Shown: positions 38,609 to 52,100, numbered from the stretch's first letter. The stretch: DNA of 64,000 nucleotides from Octopus vulgaris (GCA_951406725.2 OX597822.1:95728001-95792000), one strand, 5' to 3'. A program made the numbers and translations. The notes: generated by a model from the letters alone, not told the origin.

Positions 38609-38925
38609 CTGGTACTCTGTCAGTCACGACGACTACAGTTTCAGTACATCCGATTAATAGAACAGCCTGCTCATAAAATTAACGTACAAGCGGCTGATCA
38701 CTCCACAGACTCGTCTACCCTGAACGTAGTTTTCAGGGTGATTCAGTGTGACACAGATTGTGACAAGGCTGGCCCTTTCAAATATAGATACTACACATTT
38801 TTGCCAGCTGAGTGGACTGGGGCAACGTGAAATAAAGTGCCTTGATGAAGGACACAATGTGTCGCCGGGAATTGAACTTACGATCGCAAGCCGAACACCC
38901 TAACCACTAAACCATGTACCTTCAC
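38609..38925 (-). mobile_element. Chimeric SINE: D-type head and CORE with family A 3' part
   Basis: 14-bp TSD tgttctgcgtg(t/c)aa (38595-38608 / 38926-38939); same mosaic as 30441-30762. Confidence 0.85.
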
Positions 38926-39761
38926 TGTTCTGCGTGCAATCAATAGTGAAAAGTAACGGCGATCAAATATTAACATGCGAATCTGTCAGAATATATTGAG
39001 AATGAATACGTTATTGTATTAATTTTGCTAGTTTCTAATTTGATATTTTTGCAATCCCACTGTAGACACTTTACAATAATTTTCTAGTCGCAGAAGACTC
39101 CTAAGTTAGTGTATTCATAATAATAATAATAATAAATAATAGTATTAATCATAATTTCCCCGTATATTTTGGGTGGTATACTCTAAATGCAATAATATTT
39201 CTTGTAATCCTGTTTAATCATGTTAATCTATTTAACTTCCAGTGAATAATATATCAGTAACTTATTGTGATAGCTTCAACATTAATGTCTATTAGTTCAC
39301 ATTTCGTTCTGATTTAAATATTTATCTTTTACATATATAATATTCCTCCATATTTTTTTCCTTTTGTATACGTTGTTCAACATCTAGATCATTAACTTTT
39401 AAGCATTTGTAGATAGTGTTTGATCTAATTCTCTTACTTCTGTTATTTTATCTACCGTTTTACTATTAGCTTTTATTTGTTTTTTTCTCTCTCGAGATTA
39501 TGTATAGATATTTTTTTCTAAATCGGATCTCATATCAATTATCTTAATGAAATCAAAAACTGTCGTCAATTAGTTTTTCGAGTTGTTTACTATCTGCAGC
39601 ATAGAAATTAAGGTTACGCATATACAAAATATGACTCATTGTCCTCTTATAGCATTTACATCCAAGCCAAACATAGTCTGGTATCGCATGTCGATTAACA
39701 GTGAGAAACACCAGTCAAAAACATAATGAATTTGGTAGTCGAAAACTGAAAAAGCCCGTCG

Positions 39762-39811
<50 letters not shown>

Positions 39812-39817
<6 letters not shown>

Positions 39818-40088
39818 AAGATGATCAGAAAATGGAGAAAAACAACAAATAGAAGTGTATCTTTGGTGCTAAAATGCCATTATTTAATGAGTTAAGCAAG
39901 GTGAAGGTAAGAGCGAAGTCATGCTAATAACTAACTACGAGACTTCAAATTCAACCAACCTCTATTCTTCAACTGCATCACAATGGATTTAATGAACTTT
40001 GAACTCAACTAAAATGTAAGACTTTCGAATCACCGAAGATACACTTCTATTTGTAGTTCTTCCTCCATTTTCTGATCGTCTATATATA
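39812..40088. mobile_element. Short unit with ~55-bp inverted ends embedded in (TA)n
   Basis: gatgatcagaaaatggag..gtgtatctttggtg (39820-39868) versus caccgaagatacac..tttctgatcgtc (40031-40080). Confidence 0.65.
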
Positions 40089-40278
40089 TACATTAAACTA
40101 TGGTTTGCATTTCTAAATTACCTGCTGCCGTATACCTTTATACCAAGGACCATACTTACGGGGGTAATTACCAGAAGTGCCTCAGGATACTTCTGTCCCT
40201 TAGAGGGCTATGACATCTCTCTCTAACTCTTTCTCTCTCTCTATATATATATATATTAATATATATATATATATATAT

Positions 40279-40480
40279 TATATTAAATTAGAGACAAAAC
40301 CACTATTAGGCAAATCAAACAATGAAAGACTTAAGCCAATACATATGATTAATTTATATTATTTAAATATGTAACAAAATTATCAAAAAATATAATTAAT
40401 ATCCCACTACGATCGTTTCCTGCCTGCTGTCTTCAAATTTTTGATTTGCCTTATAGTGGTTTTGTCTCTAATTTAATATA
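40279..40480 (-). mobile_element. Short Penelope-like unit with 40-bp inverted ends and truncated hammerhead-like motif
   Basis: IR atattaaattagagacaaaaccactat.aggcaaatcaaa at both ends; minus strand tGAAGA..GAAAcgatcgTA (40436-40408) with palindromic acgatcgt. Confidence 0.65.
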
Positions 40481-40579
40481 ATATAATATTTTACTATAAA
40501 ATTGGATTCAATCCTAAATCTGATTTTTCCCTGTAAGTTTGGATTTATTCCCTAATATTTATTATTATATATATATATA

Positions 40580-40790
40580 TGCATGTATCTGGATGTTTGT
40601 GTGCCTGTATTTGTCCCCCCCCCCATCACCGCTTGTTGGTGTGTTTACGTCCCCGTAACTTAGTGGTTCGACAAAACAGACCGAGAGAATAAGTACTAAG
40701 CTTACAAAGAATAAGTTCTAGATTCTAAATTGTTCGACTAAGAGTGCTGCTCCAGCATGGCCGCAGTCAAGACTGAAACAAGTAAGAGAA
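40580..40790 (+). mobile_element. SINE family B 3' half
   Basis: gtgtttacgtccccgtaacttag..ctccagcatggccgcagtc..actgaaacaagtaa. Confidence 0.8.
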
Positions 40791-41377
40791 TAAATCATCA
40801 TGTTTATAATCTACATCCTTTAAATTTTCTACCTGTAAATCATTCTCAGATTTCCCTATAATTCGATTGTCTTTTGATTTGGCTTTCTTGATCAAGATTA
40901 TTTAGAAATGCCTGGTATAAGTTTATGCTTTATTAATTGTTTTATACTCTTTTCTGAAAAATATTCTTTCTCCGTGACTTTGGATTTTAATTATGTAGCT
41001 TAGTCTGTTGGAAATCAAAGTGACTTTTAGATCAGAGTTATTTCCCCTCCCAGTGTAACTTCTGGTCGTTGTGCTAGAGTCGAACGTATTTGGAGTCGAA
41101 CGTATTTGGAGTCGAACGTAGCTTTATGATATGTACGCAGTACAGAAACGTATTTTCTCTAGTATTTCTTCGCGGAATTTTGTACAACATTACAAAAACA
41201 GGCTAAGATTTATTTGGGGGCTACAAAATATGTCAGATGGGGAAAAAGAGAAAACATGAAGAGAAGAAACTAGATGATAAGTATACATACAAAAGGTATA
41301 AATATATGGGAGATGCTGTCCTTTTATAGTGAGGATATCCGTTTTGAGCAAATCAAGGAGTACTACAGTTTCAAGAT

Positions 41378-41708
41378 TTCGATTCCCAGACCGGGCGTTG
41401 TGAGTGTTTATTGAGCGAAAACACCTAAAGCTCCACGAGGCTCCGGCAGGGGATGGTGGTGATCCCTGCTGTACTCTTTCACCACAACTTTCTCTCACTC
41501 TTACTTCCTGTTTCTGTTGTACCTGTATTTCAAAGGGCCGGCCTTGTCACTCTCTGTGTCACGCTGAATATCCCCGAGAACTACGTTAAGGGTACACGTG
41601 TCTGTGGAGTGCTCAGCCGCTTACACGTTAATTTCACGAGCAGGCTGTTCCGTTAATTCGGATCAACCGGAACCCTCGTCGTCGTAACCGACGGAGTGCT
41701 TCCATCCA
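41378..41708 (+). mobile_element. SINE family A, 5'-truncated
   Basis: Begins at the B-box; TSD cag(t/a)ttcaagat. Confidence 0.95.
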
Positions 41709-41879
41709 CAGATTCAAGATCTCACTGGGAACCAAGTATTGTTCGTGAATCCATAGACACTTGCTAAAGTATTCCCATTCCTTCTAAGCATTTTCGCATT
41801 ATTCATATCACTTTTGATAAGTTCACTGGAGGAAGGCATATCCATGGAAAATGTTAATAATGTTTCTGTGCAATAAAAG

Positions 41880-42760
41880 TGTCTGAATTTAGTTTAAAAC
41901 AAGGCTAGTTCAAGCGCTCATTTGACCAACAAGCATTTATGGTTGCGAAGCATGGATTCTGAACAAATTTGAACAGATAGACGCAGGAGTGGCTGTGTGG
42001 TAAGTAGCTTGCTAACCAACCACATGGTTCTGGGTTCAGTCCCACTGCGTGGCATCTTGGGTAAGTGTCTTCTGCTATAGCCCCGGGCCGACCAATGCCT
42101 TGTGAGTGGATTTGGTAGACGGAAACTGAAAGAAGCCTGTCGTATATATGTATATATATGTATATATATATGTGTGTGTGTGTGTTTGTGTGTCTGTGTT
42201 TGTCCCCCTAGCTTTGCTTGACAACCGATGCTGGTGTGTGTTTACGTCCCCGTCACTTAGCGGTTCGGCAAAAGAGACCGATAGAATAAGTACTGGGCTT
42301 ACAAAGAATAAGTCCCGGGGTCGATTTGCTCGACTAAAGGCGGTGCTCCAGCATGGCCGCAGTCAAATGACTGAAACAAGTAAAAGAGATATAATCAAAC
42401 GTTTGAAATTTGAGTGTATAGGAGAATTTACGAGTTTCTTACAAAGAATGGGTTTTAAAGTAGATGAAAGACGACAACACCCAAATGTTATGAAAAAACA
42501 AAAGCTTGTCTTCTATTATGGTCATATTTGAAGAAGTGGAGGTCTGTAAAACAATATCATGGATGGAAGAGTAGAGGGTAAGAGATCAAGAGGTAGGTAA
42601 AGAATGCAATGGATGAACAATATTAAGAGCTGGTTGGACAAGAGTGGCAAGGCAACTGGAGAACTCGCGCTTAATCAGAAAGCCTTTCGTTTTAGAGTAA
42701 TCAATTCACTGCAGACGTACGATATATGGCGACGAAGACGAAGAAGAACCTTCGCTTTTC
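41880..42760 (+). mobile_element. RTE-clade LINE 3' fragment interrupted by a SINE B
   Basis: KTRLVQALI..YGCEAWIL, then after the SINE KKQKLVFYYGHI*..IMDGRVEGKRSRGR*RMQWMNNIKSW; (gaa)-type tail. Confidence 0.8.
41980..42389 (+). mobile_element. SINE family B, full length
   Basis: Near-identical to 3815-4214. Confidence 0.95.
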
Positions 42761-43979
42761 ACCTTCTCTCTTTCTTTCAGATCAGAACTTGATGTCAATG
42801 AGGTCTTGACCGAAAGGAAAGGTGTCTGACCTTCATCGTTTCAGCTTTGTCCAAATATTAATATGAACAGCGGGATGCGCATCGGAAAACAGCGGAAATC
42901 TTGAACACTGCTTGTGTGCACCAGAAGAATTCAATTAACAACGAATAAAACACAACCAATCACATCGAAAGCATGACAAAATATTGAAGTATACGTGAGT
43001 ATGTAAAATTTATTGATCGTTAATGCACAAGTTATTTATCATCATATTGTAGTGTTCGAAGACTTAATAATACAGTACCAACACTAAGCCGATTCTATTC
43101 TCTACTATAAAAATCACAAAAAGTAGGAATAATAATCATATCATTCGGCTCAAGTTTAATAGGAGAGGGTGTATTTTGAATGTAGTTCATAAAATGTAGG
43201 GAAAATGGTTTGTGCAAAAATCGACATCAAAAGAAACAAATAAGCCAGACAATAAATGTGAGAATTATAAAACTAACTCTATTGTAATTAGAAATAATAT
43301 TCCAACGAGTCGCCTTCTCACCACTCGCTCTCTGTCTGCACGACAGCATTAATCGATACTTTAAACAGGACTGGAATCGAAACAAATGCTATGGTAGGAC
43401 AATCAACTGTCATTTGTATATGGGTGACGTTACACTTTGTCGAGGACAGCGTATAACATCTACAAATTAAGCTGTAGTGGGTATATGAATTTACTTCAGT
43501 ATTTAATATGTGACCGAGATAAAGTAAATGTGTCAACACAGACCTAAAGAGAGGTAAAAATATCATGGTGTATAAGGGAACAAAAATAAAAGAGTTATAG
43601 AAAGCACTTGTCTATACTCAGTGAACTAGGCAACAAACTAGAAAAGGAAAGGGTTAGAAAAAGACTGTTACAGACGTATGATATTAATGCTTAAAACAGA
43701 GCTAAATGTAAAAAATAATGTAATAGTCATCAATATTCGAGTTTTCCTAGTGATGCCAGTCTAAATTTTATGCTTAATGAATAAGCAAGTGTAAGCAAAA
43801 AAAAAAAAAAAGAAAGAAAGAAAGAAAGAAAAGGAAGGGAAACCAATGCCTGTATTTAGTATATGCCACTGAAATTTGATACTGATAGATCATATTTACT
43901 TCGAATCCAGGAAAATAGGGATCTTACGCAGTTGGAAACTTACTGTTGAAATATACTCTGGAAGACAATAAAACATCAA

Positions 43980-44004
43980 GTAAAGAATGATAAAATAACT
44001 TGTA

Positions 44005-44056
<52 letters not shown>

Positions 44057-44252
44057 AAATATGCCGAAAAATTGGACATATTGTCCATTAACCATATAAT
44101 TATAATTTTTGGGCATTAGAATTTTTTCCTTTGCTCTCATTTATGAATTGTTTATAAATTTAACCGTTAAAGGTATTTTTTAATATGCTGGCCATTGATA
44201 AAATTTTTTTCGAGAAAATAGTTTTTTTCGAAAAGAATTTTATCCTCACGTT

Positions 44253-44291
<39 letters not shown>

Positions 44292-44296
44292 GTAGG

Positions 44297-44365
<69 letters not shown>

Positions 44366-44406
44366 GATGGATGGATAGATAGATAGATAGATAGATAGAG
44401 AGATAA

Positions 44407-44486
<80 letters not shown>

Positions 44487-44931
44487 TTGCAAAACACGAA
44501 CAAAACGAAAGGCTGTTCTGTCTTCGAGGAAACCAACAAACACAAAACAGAGGCTAAAATGCGTAGGTGTTATGAACAGAAAAGAGAAATGATAAAACTC
44601 GCGAAAAGCTAAATTGTAAGCGAAAAATTTTGTTACAGAAATGCCATCTAAATCGAAGGAAAAGGAAAGCCTTTACATGACGTAAAGAATGATAAAATAA
44701 CGTGTATGTGTGTATATATATATATATATATACCAAATATGCCGAAAAATTGGACATATTGTCCATTAACCATATAATTATAATTTTTGGGCATTAGAAT
44801 TTTTTCCTTTGCTCTCATTTATGAATTGTTTATAAATTTAACCGTTAAAGGTATTTTTTAATATGCTGGCCATTGATAAAATTTTTTTCGAGAAAATAGT
44901 TTTTTTTCGAAAAGAATTTTATCCTCACGTT

Positions 44932-44978
<47 letters not shown>

Positions 44979-44983
44979 GTAGG

Positions 44984-45058
<75 letters not shown>

Positions 45059-45257
45059 TTGCAAAACGCGAACAAAACGAAAGGCTGTTCTGTCTTCGAG
45101 GAAACCAACAAACACAAAACAGAGGCTAAAATGCGTAGGTGTTATGAACAGAAAAGAGAAATGATAAAACTCGCGAAAAGCTAAATTGTAAGCGAAAAAT
45201 TTTGTTACAGAAATGCCATCTAAATCGAAGGAAAAGGAAAGCCTTTACATGACGTAA
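43980..45257. repeat. Tandem duplication (43980-44672 / 44673-45257)
   Basis: Unique sequence near-identical in both units; only TA and GATA tract lengths differ markedly; gtaaa microhomology at the junctions. Confidence 0.9.
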
Positions 45258-45329
45258 ATGATAGAAGAAAAATAAACTGAATAAGGAGGAAATGCAAAAT
45301 TCGTAAGACCGGCTGAAAATAAAAGATTA

Positions 45330-45830
45330 TTGATTTAAGCAGAGAGTCAAAGCCTTCGCATCAGAAACTTCAAAACGATGTAATAAAGCAAAATACATTA
45401 AGCAACTGCAAAATGTGTTCAGGCTGAGAAGAAACATCCGCATTGTGTCTGGTCGCCAATTCTTAGTCAAGAAAGAATACATCTGCATGCTTGACAGATT
45501 TAAAAGTTTTCCCGCATTGGAGGTTTGCCACCATTAGAAAATTCTGACAGAGAATAGGTAATATAGATACAGACTGGTAATAGGTTTGGAAAATGACAGA
45601 GTTACCATAGTTTTAGATACGTCAGTTCACGCAGACAAGTAGATCAATGCTAGAATATCGGATATTGTTAAGATGTCCTGCCAGGGAGAAGAAATTTCTT
45701 AATTGATTAAGAGAAACTTATTCGATTACAAGTGTCATTCCCGATAGTCAATAATGTATTTCTGAGAGAAATAGAGAAATAATCCAAACATAAAAATCTG
45801 TAGCTAAACAGAATGTAAGCACTGAAATTA
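45330..45830 (+). mobile_element. Decayed RLE-type non-LTR 3' fragment (second family)
   Basis: NCKMCSG*EET..IVSG..LVKKEYI (CCHC-finger-like), HADK*INARISDIV and IP..NNVFLREIEK*SKHKNL. Confidence 0.55.
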
Positions 45831-46080
45831 AAGAACAATCATTAAAATAATTTGGATAAAATAAAGTATGGACAGAATGAAGTATTTAGATAAATACATA
45901 AATAAAGTTGCAAAAATTCCAAATATACGCAGTATGAGGTGAATGGAACTACTAGGTAATGAACATATAAGGTGTAGTGAAGAATCCGTGCCGTAGAAAG
46001 AATAAACCAAAACAACAAGAGCAGAATAAGACGGGTATAATTGTACTAGTGTGGCTGTGTGGTAAGAAGCTTGCTTCCCA

Positions 46081-48109
46081 CTGCGCATGTCAGTGTTTCT
46101 CGTAGCGCTGCAAGAAGTCGCCACGCTGGCGAAATATTGATTGCAAAAGAAGCTCGACTGTAAGGTAAGACTTTTGTTTTTGTGTCCAGTGGGGATTTGT
46201 TGTTTGCTGTAATTATTTTTGTACAAACAAGAAGTCCTCACGGGATTCTGCACACTGGTCTGCCTAAGGTTGGGCATAATTTATTCACTTTAAGTGAATA
46301 GCTTTCCTCACTTTATTGTGAGAATTGTTGTTTTGGGGGCGTATCAAATTTTGTGAAATTTGTGGAAGCTGTGTTCCAGTCACTGTGTATCGGTTTTTAT
46401 TTGGATAACCAATAGGCCTGGATTACCTAGTGGTCGGAGAATTTGTGTCTGCTGTGTTTTTTGAACTGTTGAACTGTTTTCTATCTTTTTTCCTTCCTCT
46501 TTTTTGAACTTTTTGCCTTGAACTGTTTGGACCTTCTGTTGAACATTTTCATACTAAAAACATGGTGAAGAAACATAACACTGTTTTGTCCCACCCAAAG
46601 AGTGGGTGAAGGATTTGGAAGAGAGAACGGTGGTGTTGAGGACATACTCAAAGTCGCTCGACACCAGCGCCCTCTTCAAAAAACTCCACATAGAGTGAGA
46701 GTTGGCGAAGTATATGCCAACTATAAAATTTATTTCCAGGGGTGGCAAATATGCGACGGTGTGGTTGCTATTTGACACCCCTGAGGAGGCACGCAATTTT
46801 GTGAGTCAGCCATTAGAGGGCGAGGAAATATTGTTTCTTTCCACGTATTGTGGGAAGAAGTTGACAAGGGCTTGGGTCTGTGGTTTGCCACCCGGGATAG
46901 AACCCGAGTGGATTGAAGACACTATCCGGCGGGGTCTGGGTGGCATCGGAGCCAAGCTCCTCAATGTAAAAGTTTTGCCTGCGACTGATTAGGTGGGCTC
47001 AAAAGCGGTTTTGACCCTGTGGACCCAATCAGCCTAGAATTTGGTATTTCCAGATACTTTGAAGATAGCCGGTTCTAGGTATCAGGTGATTCTTGAGTGT
47101 CTCCATCCCCCGCCAGATGTCATCGGTGCCTGGAGCCCGGCCATATAAAGAAAAACTCCCAGGAACAAAGTAAGGTCCTGGAGCAATTGGTTGAGACCTC
47201 TGTAGAAGAGGGAACGAAGGCGGCTGAGGAGGCGGAGGACTCCTCAAAGAAAGGCCACAAGAGGAAGAAAGTGAGCAACAACGGGTGCTCACCGAAGGAT
47301 CCTAGGCATGAGGGTGGGGAGGCGAATCTCCTGGTCACGGAGGAGATGCACCCTCCCTCAGTTGAGAAGAAAAAAGAGGAAGAGGAAGAGAAACGAGACA
47401 TTGCCGGCAGTCGGTGACATAGTACTGGAATGTCCCGGAACCTCGTCGGTGGGGGTTGTGCGACCGACGGGGGAAGAGCCACGGTCGGTGGGAATTGTGT
47501 CGCCGACGATAGAAGTGACTACCTCGTCCGCAGAAGACGAATTATTGGTCTTCTGCGGAGAGGTGAAGAAGGTGTCAGAAACGCATCATAAGGGTGTAAC
47601 TTTGACCTGCACACGGGATCCCAAACGGCCTCCACAGATAGCTGTGGATGTCATAACGCTGGCTGCCTGTGTTGCGTAGGCTGGAGGGGCTCAATGAGGA
47701 ATATCGTTTGTGGCCGGGCGACGCCAGCACATCACCCGCTTTGTGCGTGAATGAGGCGTGGGTGATGGCGGAGTATGTTATCACAAGCTATGCTGGGGAG
47801 GAATATAGATAAGAGGTTGAAAAACCTCAGTGTTATGAACTGATGAGGGGTTTGAAACCTTATTCTGTTTAACAAAGTAAGAGGCGTAATGCCTCTTTTT
47901 GTATCAATGAACATTATAAACAGTTGTAAGAGGTTTGTAATCTCACGCATGATATATAAGAGAAAAATGTTTTCGGAAAACAAACGATCGGCGGGCGTTG
48001 CTTGTTTCCCCCATTATTCATCATTTTCACTTTTCATCTCATATAATATTTTGTCTGTGTCCAGCCCGCAGCTTCCTTTTTCTCTGTGTAAGGCCTCTAT
48101 GAAATAAAA
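46081..48109 (+). mobile_element. ORF1-only L1/Tx1-like retroelement (HAL1-like)
   Basis: 14-bp TSD aagc(t/c)tgcttccca (46067-46080 / 48110-48123); ~620-bp 5'UTR; ORF1; short 3'UTR ending aataaaaa; no ORF2 motif seen. Confidence 0.8.
46702..47810 (+). pseudogene. L1/Tx1-type ORF1 (gag-like), disrupted
   Basis: MAKYMPTIKFISRGGKYATVWLLFDTPEEA..TRAWVCGLPPGIEPEW; knuckle CHRCLEPGHIKKNS (47118-47159, last Cys replaced by Ser); charged C-terminus; stops and frameshifts. Confidence 0.75.
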
Positions 48110-48237
48110 AAGCCTGCTTCCCAACAACATTGCCCCCGGTTCAGTCCCATTGCATGGCATCTTGGGAAAGTGTCTTCTACTATAGCCTCCGGCCAACCTA
48201 AGCCTTGTGAGTGGGCCGAAACTGAAAGCATCCCGTC

Positions 48238-48555
48238 GTATGTATGTATGTATGTATGTATGTATGTATGTATGTATGTATGTATGTATGTATGTATGTA
48301 TGTATGTATGTATGTATGTATGTATGTATGTATGTATGTATGTATGTATGCATGCATGTATATATATATGTATGTATGTATATATGTATGTATGTATGCA
48401 TGTATATATGTATGTATGTATATATATATGTATGTATGTATATATATATGTATGTATGTATGTATATATGTATGTATGTATATATGTATGTACGTATATA
48501 AGTTTGTATGTATGTATGTTTATATATGTATGTATGTATATATGTATGTATTATG

Positions 48556-48586
<31 letters not shown>

Positions 48587-48760
48587 ATATGTATGTATGC
48601 ATATATGTATATATGTATATATGTATGTATATATGTATGTATGAATGTATATATGTATGTATGTATATATGTATGTATGTATGTTTGTATGTATGTATGT
48701 ATGTATGTTTATATGTATGTAGGTAGGTATGTATATGTGTGTGTGTGTTTATGTATGTCT
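48238..48760. repeat. (TATG)n/(TA)n expansion inside the SINE B
   Basis: Directly visible. Confidence 0.95.
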
Positions 48761-48764
48761 ATAT

Positions 48765-49028
48765 AACAATTGCAACGTGGAAGATAGTTGTAAGCCATTG
48801 AAGAACACAAAAAAACCGTTAGTTGCACTTAAAAATTTAATTTTATTTGTGTCGAAATATTTTCGTCGCTTTGAAACCGCGACCTGTTCACTGACAAAAC
48901 TGGAACAAGTCGCAATTTCAAAGCGACGAAAATATTTTGACACAAATGAAAATTAGATGTTGAAGTGTAACTAACGGTTTTTGTGTGTTCTTGAATGGCT
49001 TACAAATATCTTCCACACTGCAATTGTT
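48765..49028. mobile_element. Fold-back palindrome, ~125-bp arms and 13-nt loop
   Basis: aacaattgca..gcgacctgttc / gaacaagtcgc..tgcaattgtt; the ORF track shows SKYFRRFE.ATCS on both strands. Confidence 0.85.
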
Positions 49029-49133
49029 TATGTTTCAGCACACGATCTCTGATCAAGTTACTTGCTATGCAAGTACATCTCCGTAATAAGTATATGTTTG
49101 TGTGTGTGTGTGTGTATGTGTGTGTGTGTGTGT

Positions 49134-49165
<32 letters not shown>

Positions 49166-49512
49166 TTGTGCATGAGTTTGCCCCCTGCCAGTGCAGGACA
49201 ACTAGTCTTGGAGTGTTTACGTCCCTGTAACTTAGTATTTCGGCAAAAGAGACCGATTGAATAATTAGCAGACTTAACAAAAAGGGACTGATGTTGGATT
49301 CATTTGGCAAACAGTTCTTCAAGTTGGGGCCCCAGAACGGCTCCAGCAGTCTAATGACTGAATAAAGCAAAAGATATAAGGTATCTAAGGCTAACAGAAC
49401 TACACTAATCGATATTATCATTAACATGTTTGACCTTCGCCTTGATTATTTTTACCACCGTGAACACAATCATCACCATTTTCATCGTTTACCTTTTATA
49501 TCATCGTTGTTG

Positions 49513-49868
<356 letters not shown>

Positions 49869-50169
49869 GAATAAGTTTATGTTATATGAACTATGATTAT
49901 TTCGAAAATGAGATTTACGCTAATCTGAGACTGAGCTTTATAAATTTTGGGGATTGTAGAATTTCCTTGCTCATAAAATTATATTAGCTTGATGAGCAAA
50001 AAATAGTTGTAGCTTTTATTATTTTATAATTTGAAGCTTATTTTGCAGTAAACTTTCATTTCTTTCTTGTCGCGTATTATAACACCTGGAAACGCATTTT
50101 GTTTGACGCTAATGATTGAGCATTGACTGTTTGAAGATGTTTATTTTAAAATTGTCAAATGAAAGATAG

Positions 50170-50960
50170 GGAAAAAAATGACAATTCGAGAATTTTTTTT
50201 CTTGCATGAGTGCAAAATTGGGATGAAAAACCAAGGGGAACTACTTGAAATATTAACCAAGTACTTGGACAGGGTACTGTTAACAAACATACAGATCAAC
50301 ATTACTTCCAAAAATTTTGTATTAAACCAGTGAGCCTTGAATGAAGGCCGCAGACAATTAGTTATGGTTGACAATGACCGATTGAAAGCCTTTACTGAAC
50401 CGTAAGCACTCAAAACAATTTTAAAGATTGTAAATTAACTTAACGTTGCTCACTCCATATTAGTTTGAACTTGTAACACAAATGGTCGCAACAAGATCTG
50501 CACAAAATAATAAAGCAATCGCTGTCCCGAAATCTGCTCTATACTTCTTTAGCACAGCCAAAACTATCTATTTCTTGAACGTATGACATGTGACGAAAAG
50601 GGAATTCTATACAAACAAATGACGCCATTTAGCGAAATGAACAAAATCCAGTTAATGCACCAAATCTGTTTACCTCTCTAAAATCTGCATCAAAAGTTTT
50701 ATTTGGTCTTCGGCAGGAGAAGTCATACATTATATCCTGAATGTTGATGAAGCCATACCAGCCAAGTTGTACTACCAGGAATGAGACAGATTGCACCAAG
50801 AACTGCAACGGCTGTTTCCAACATAAGTCAATGGAAGAGTACTAAGTTTTCTTCAGGACAACGCCTGGATAAAGGTTTTGCAAATTACATAGGCAAAATT
50901 AAAGAAAAAAGTTGCCTAACTATACCTCATTCAGCTTACTCCCGAAATCGCTATCATTGC
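50170..50960 (+). mobile_element. Decayed mariner transposase
   Basis: VDNDRLKAF, MTCDEKGILY, LQDNAW, TIPHSAYSRN motifs with many stops. Confidence 0.75.
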
Positions 50961-51127
50961 TTTTTCAAACCTTTTGATAACTTGCAATAAAAGAAAATCA
51001 ACTACAAAGAGACAATTCCAAACACGTTCAAAGAAATTGTCGGCTGACACTTCTAGGATACTAAGGGTAGAAATTATTTTTTTTTTTATCCTTGTAAAAA
51101 TAGCTTCCATTGGTTGTATATTGAGTT

Positions 51128-51311
51128 CAGAAGGGGTGTTTAAAAGTTCCTGGCTTTAAGGGTGTCGCGAAAGGCTTCAGAAAAACTGAAAGACCACTGC
51201 AATAAGTGTGTGAATCTGAGAGGGGAATATGTCGAATAAAGTTACGATTCTAGCTGATCCACCTATATTTCCTTTTACCCAAAGCCAGGAACTTTTCAGC
51301 TTACCCTCGTA
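51128..51311. mobile_element. Mariner-derived MITE
   Basis: TIR aaaagttcctggcttt / aaagccaggaactttt..ccctcg followed by TA; interior resembles a mariner C-terminus. Confidence 0.75.
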
Positions 51312-51719
51312 TATATGCATACACACTTTTAATAAGGAAACCATTCATAATCAAATTTGTTTTGATGGAAAATAAACATTTATATAACATTAATATGTGT
51401 GTGTGTGTGTGTGTGTGTTTTTTCAACAAGCAGTGCGTAAACTGAAATGAAATAAAGTGTAAAATATTTTCTTTTTAATGGGTACATCACAATTATTCAC
51501 ATGTAGGTTACCAGTGGCTTCATATCAGAAGTACAGTGTATTCAAGGCACGTACGCTGAAAAATAAATGGAAAATTCAGGAGGTCTTATTCCGTGTCATT
51601 GTGTAGCATTTAAAATTATGCAAAGTGAACAAACAAATAAAATAAATTTGTAATGAGACATTCTATTGATTTTTTAAAATGTTTAACTACCAACGTTAGA
51701 GTACTTTCATAAAAATTTT

Positions 51720-52100
51720 CACTGACTCAAGTCACTCAAGCTGCTCGCAGTAGATCTCCTTTGCTATCGTTCGGTTTGGGTTTAAATATTCCAAGTGGCC
51801 TAAATATTTCGTATCCCACTAAACAGATAACAACACCTTACGTGGGTGAAGACTTTCTTTAGACTTAGGTGCAGCTGTTTTTCCTTTCCCTACCCGCTGG
51901 CTTCGGCGCTTGACATTTTTATAGAGAACTCATTTCTCGTCACCAGTCACTATTCAGTCCAATAAAAAGTTCATTCGTGAGGCGTGACAGCAAAGACGAT
52001 CACACATTCACTCTCTGCTCGCGATTAGACCCAGAAAGTTTGTGAGGAACCCATTGACCGGATTTGCTGACACTTCCGATGGCACGCAGGTGTCGATGAA
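51720..52100 (-). mobile_element. Mariner transposase fragment
   Basis: IHRHLRAIGSVSKSGQWVPHKLSGSNREQRVNV (WVPHEL motif). Confidence 0.8.

Larger units (their letters stand above)
46049..49380 (+). mobile_element. One SINE family B copy split by nested insertions
   Basis: Head 46049-46080; continuation 48110-48240; expanded internal microsatellite; 3' half 49170-49380. Confidence 0.75.

Noticed and set aside
47836-47870. CTGATGAggggtttGAAAcc hammerhead-like string
   Set aside because: No G10.1-C11.1 pair and no credible stems I or III
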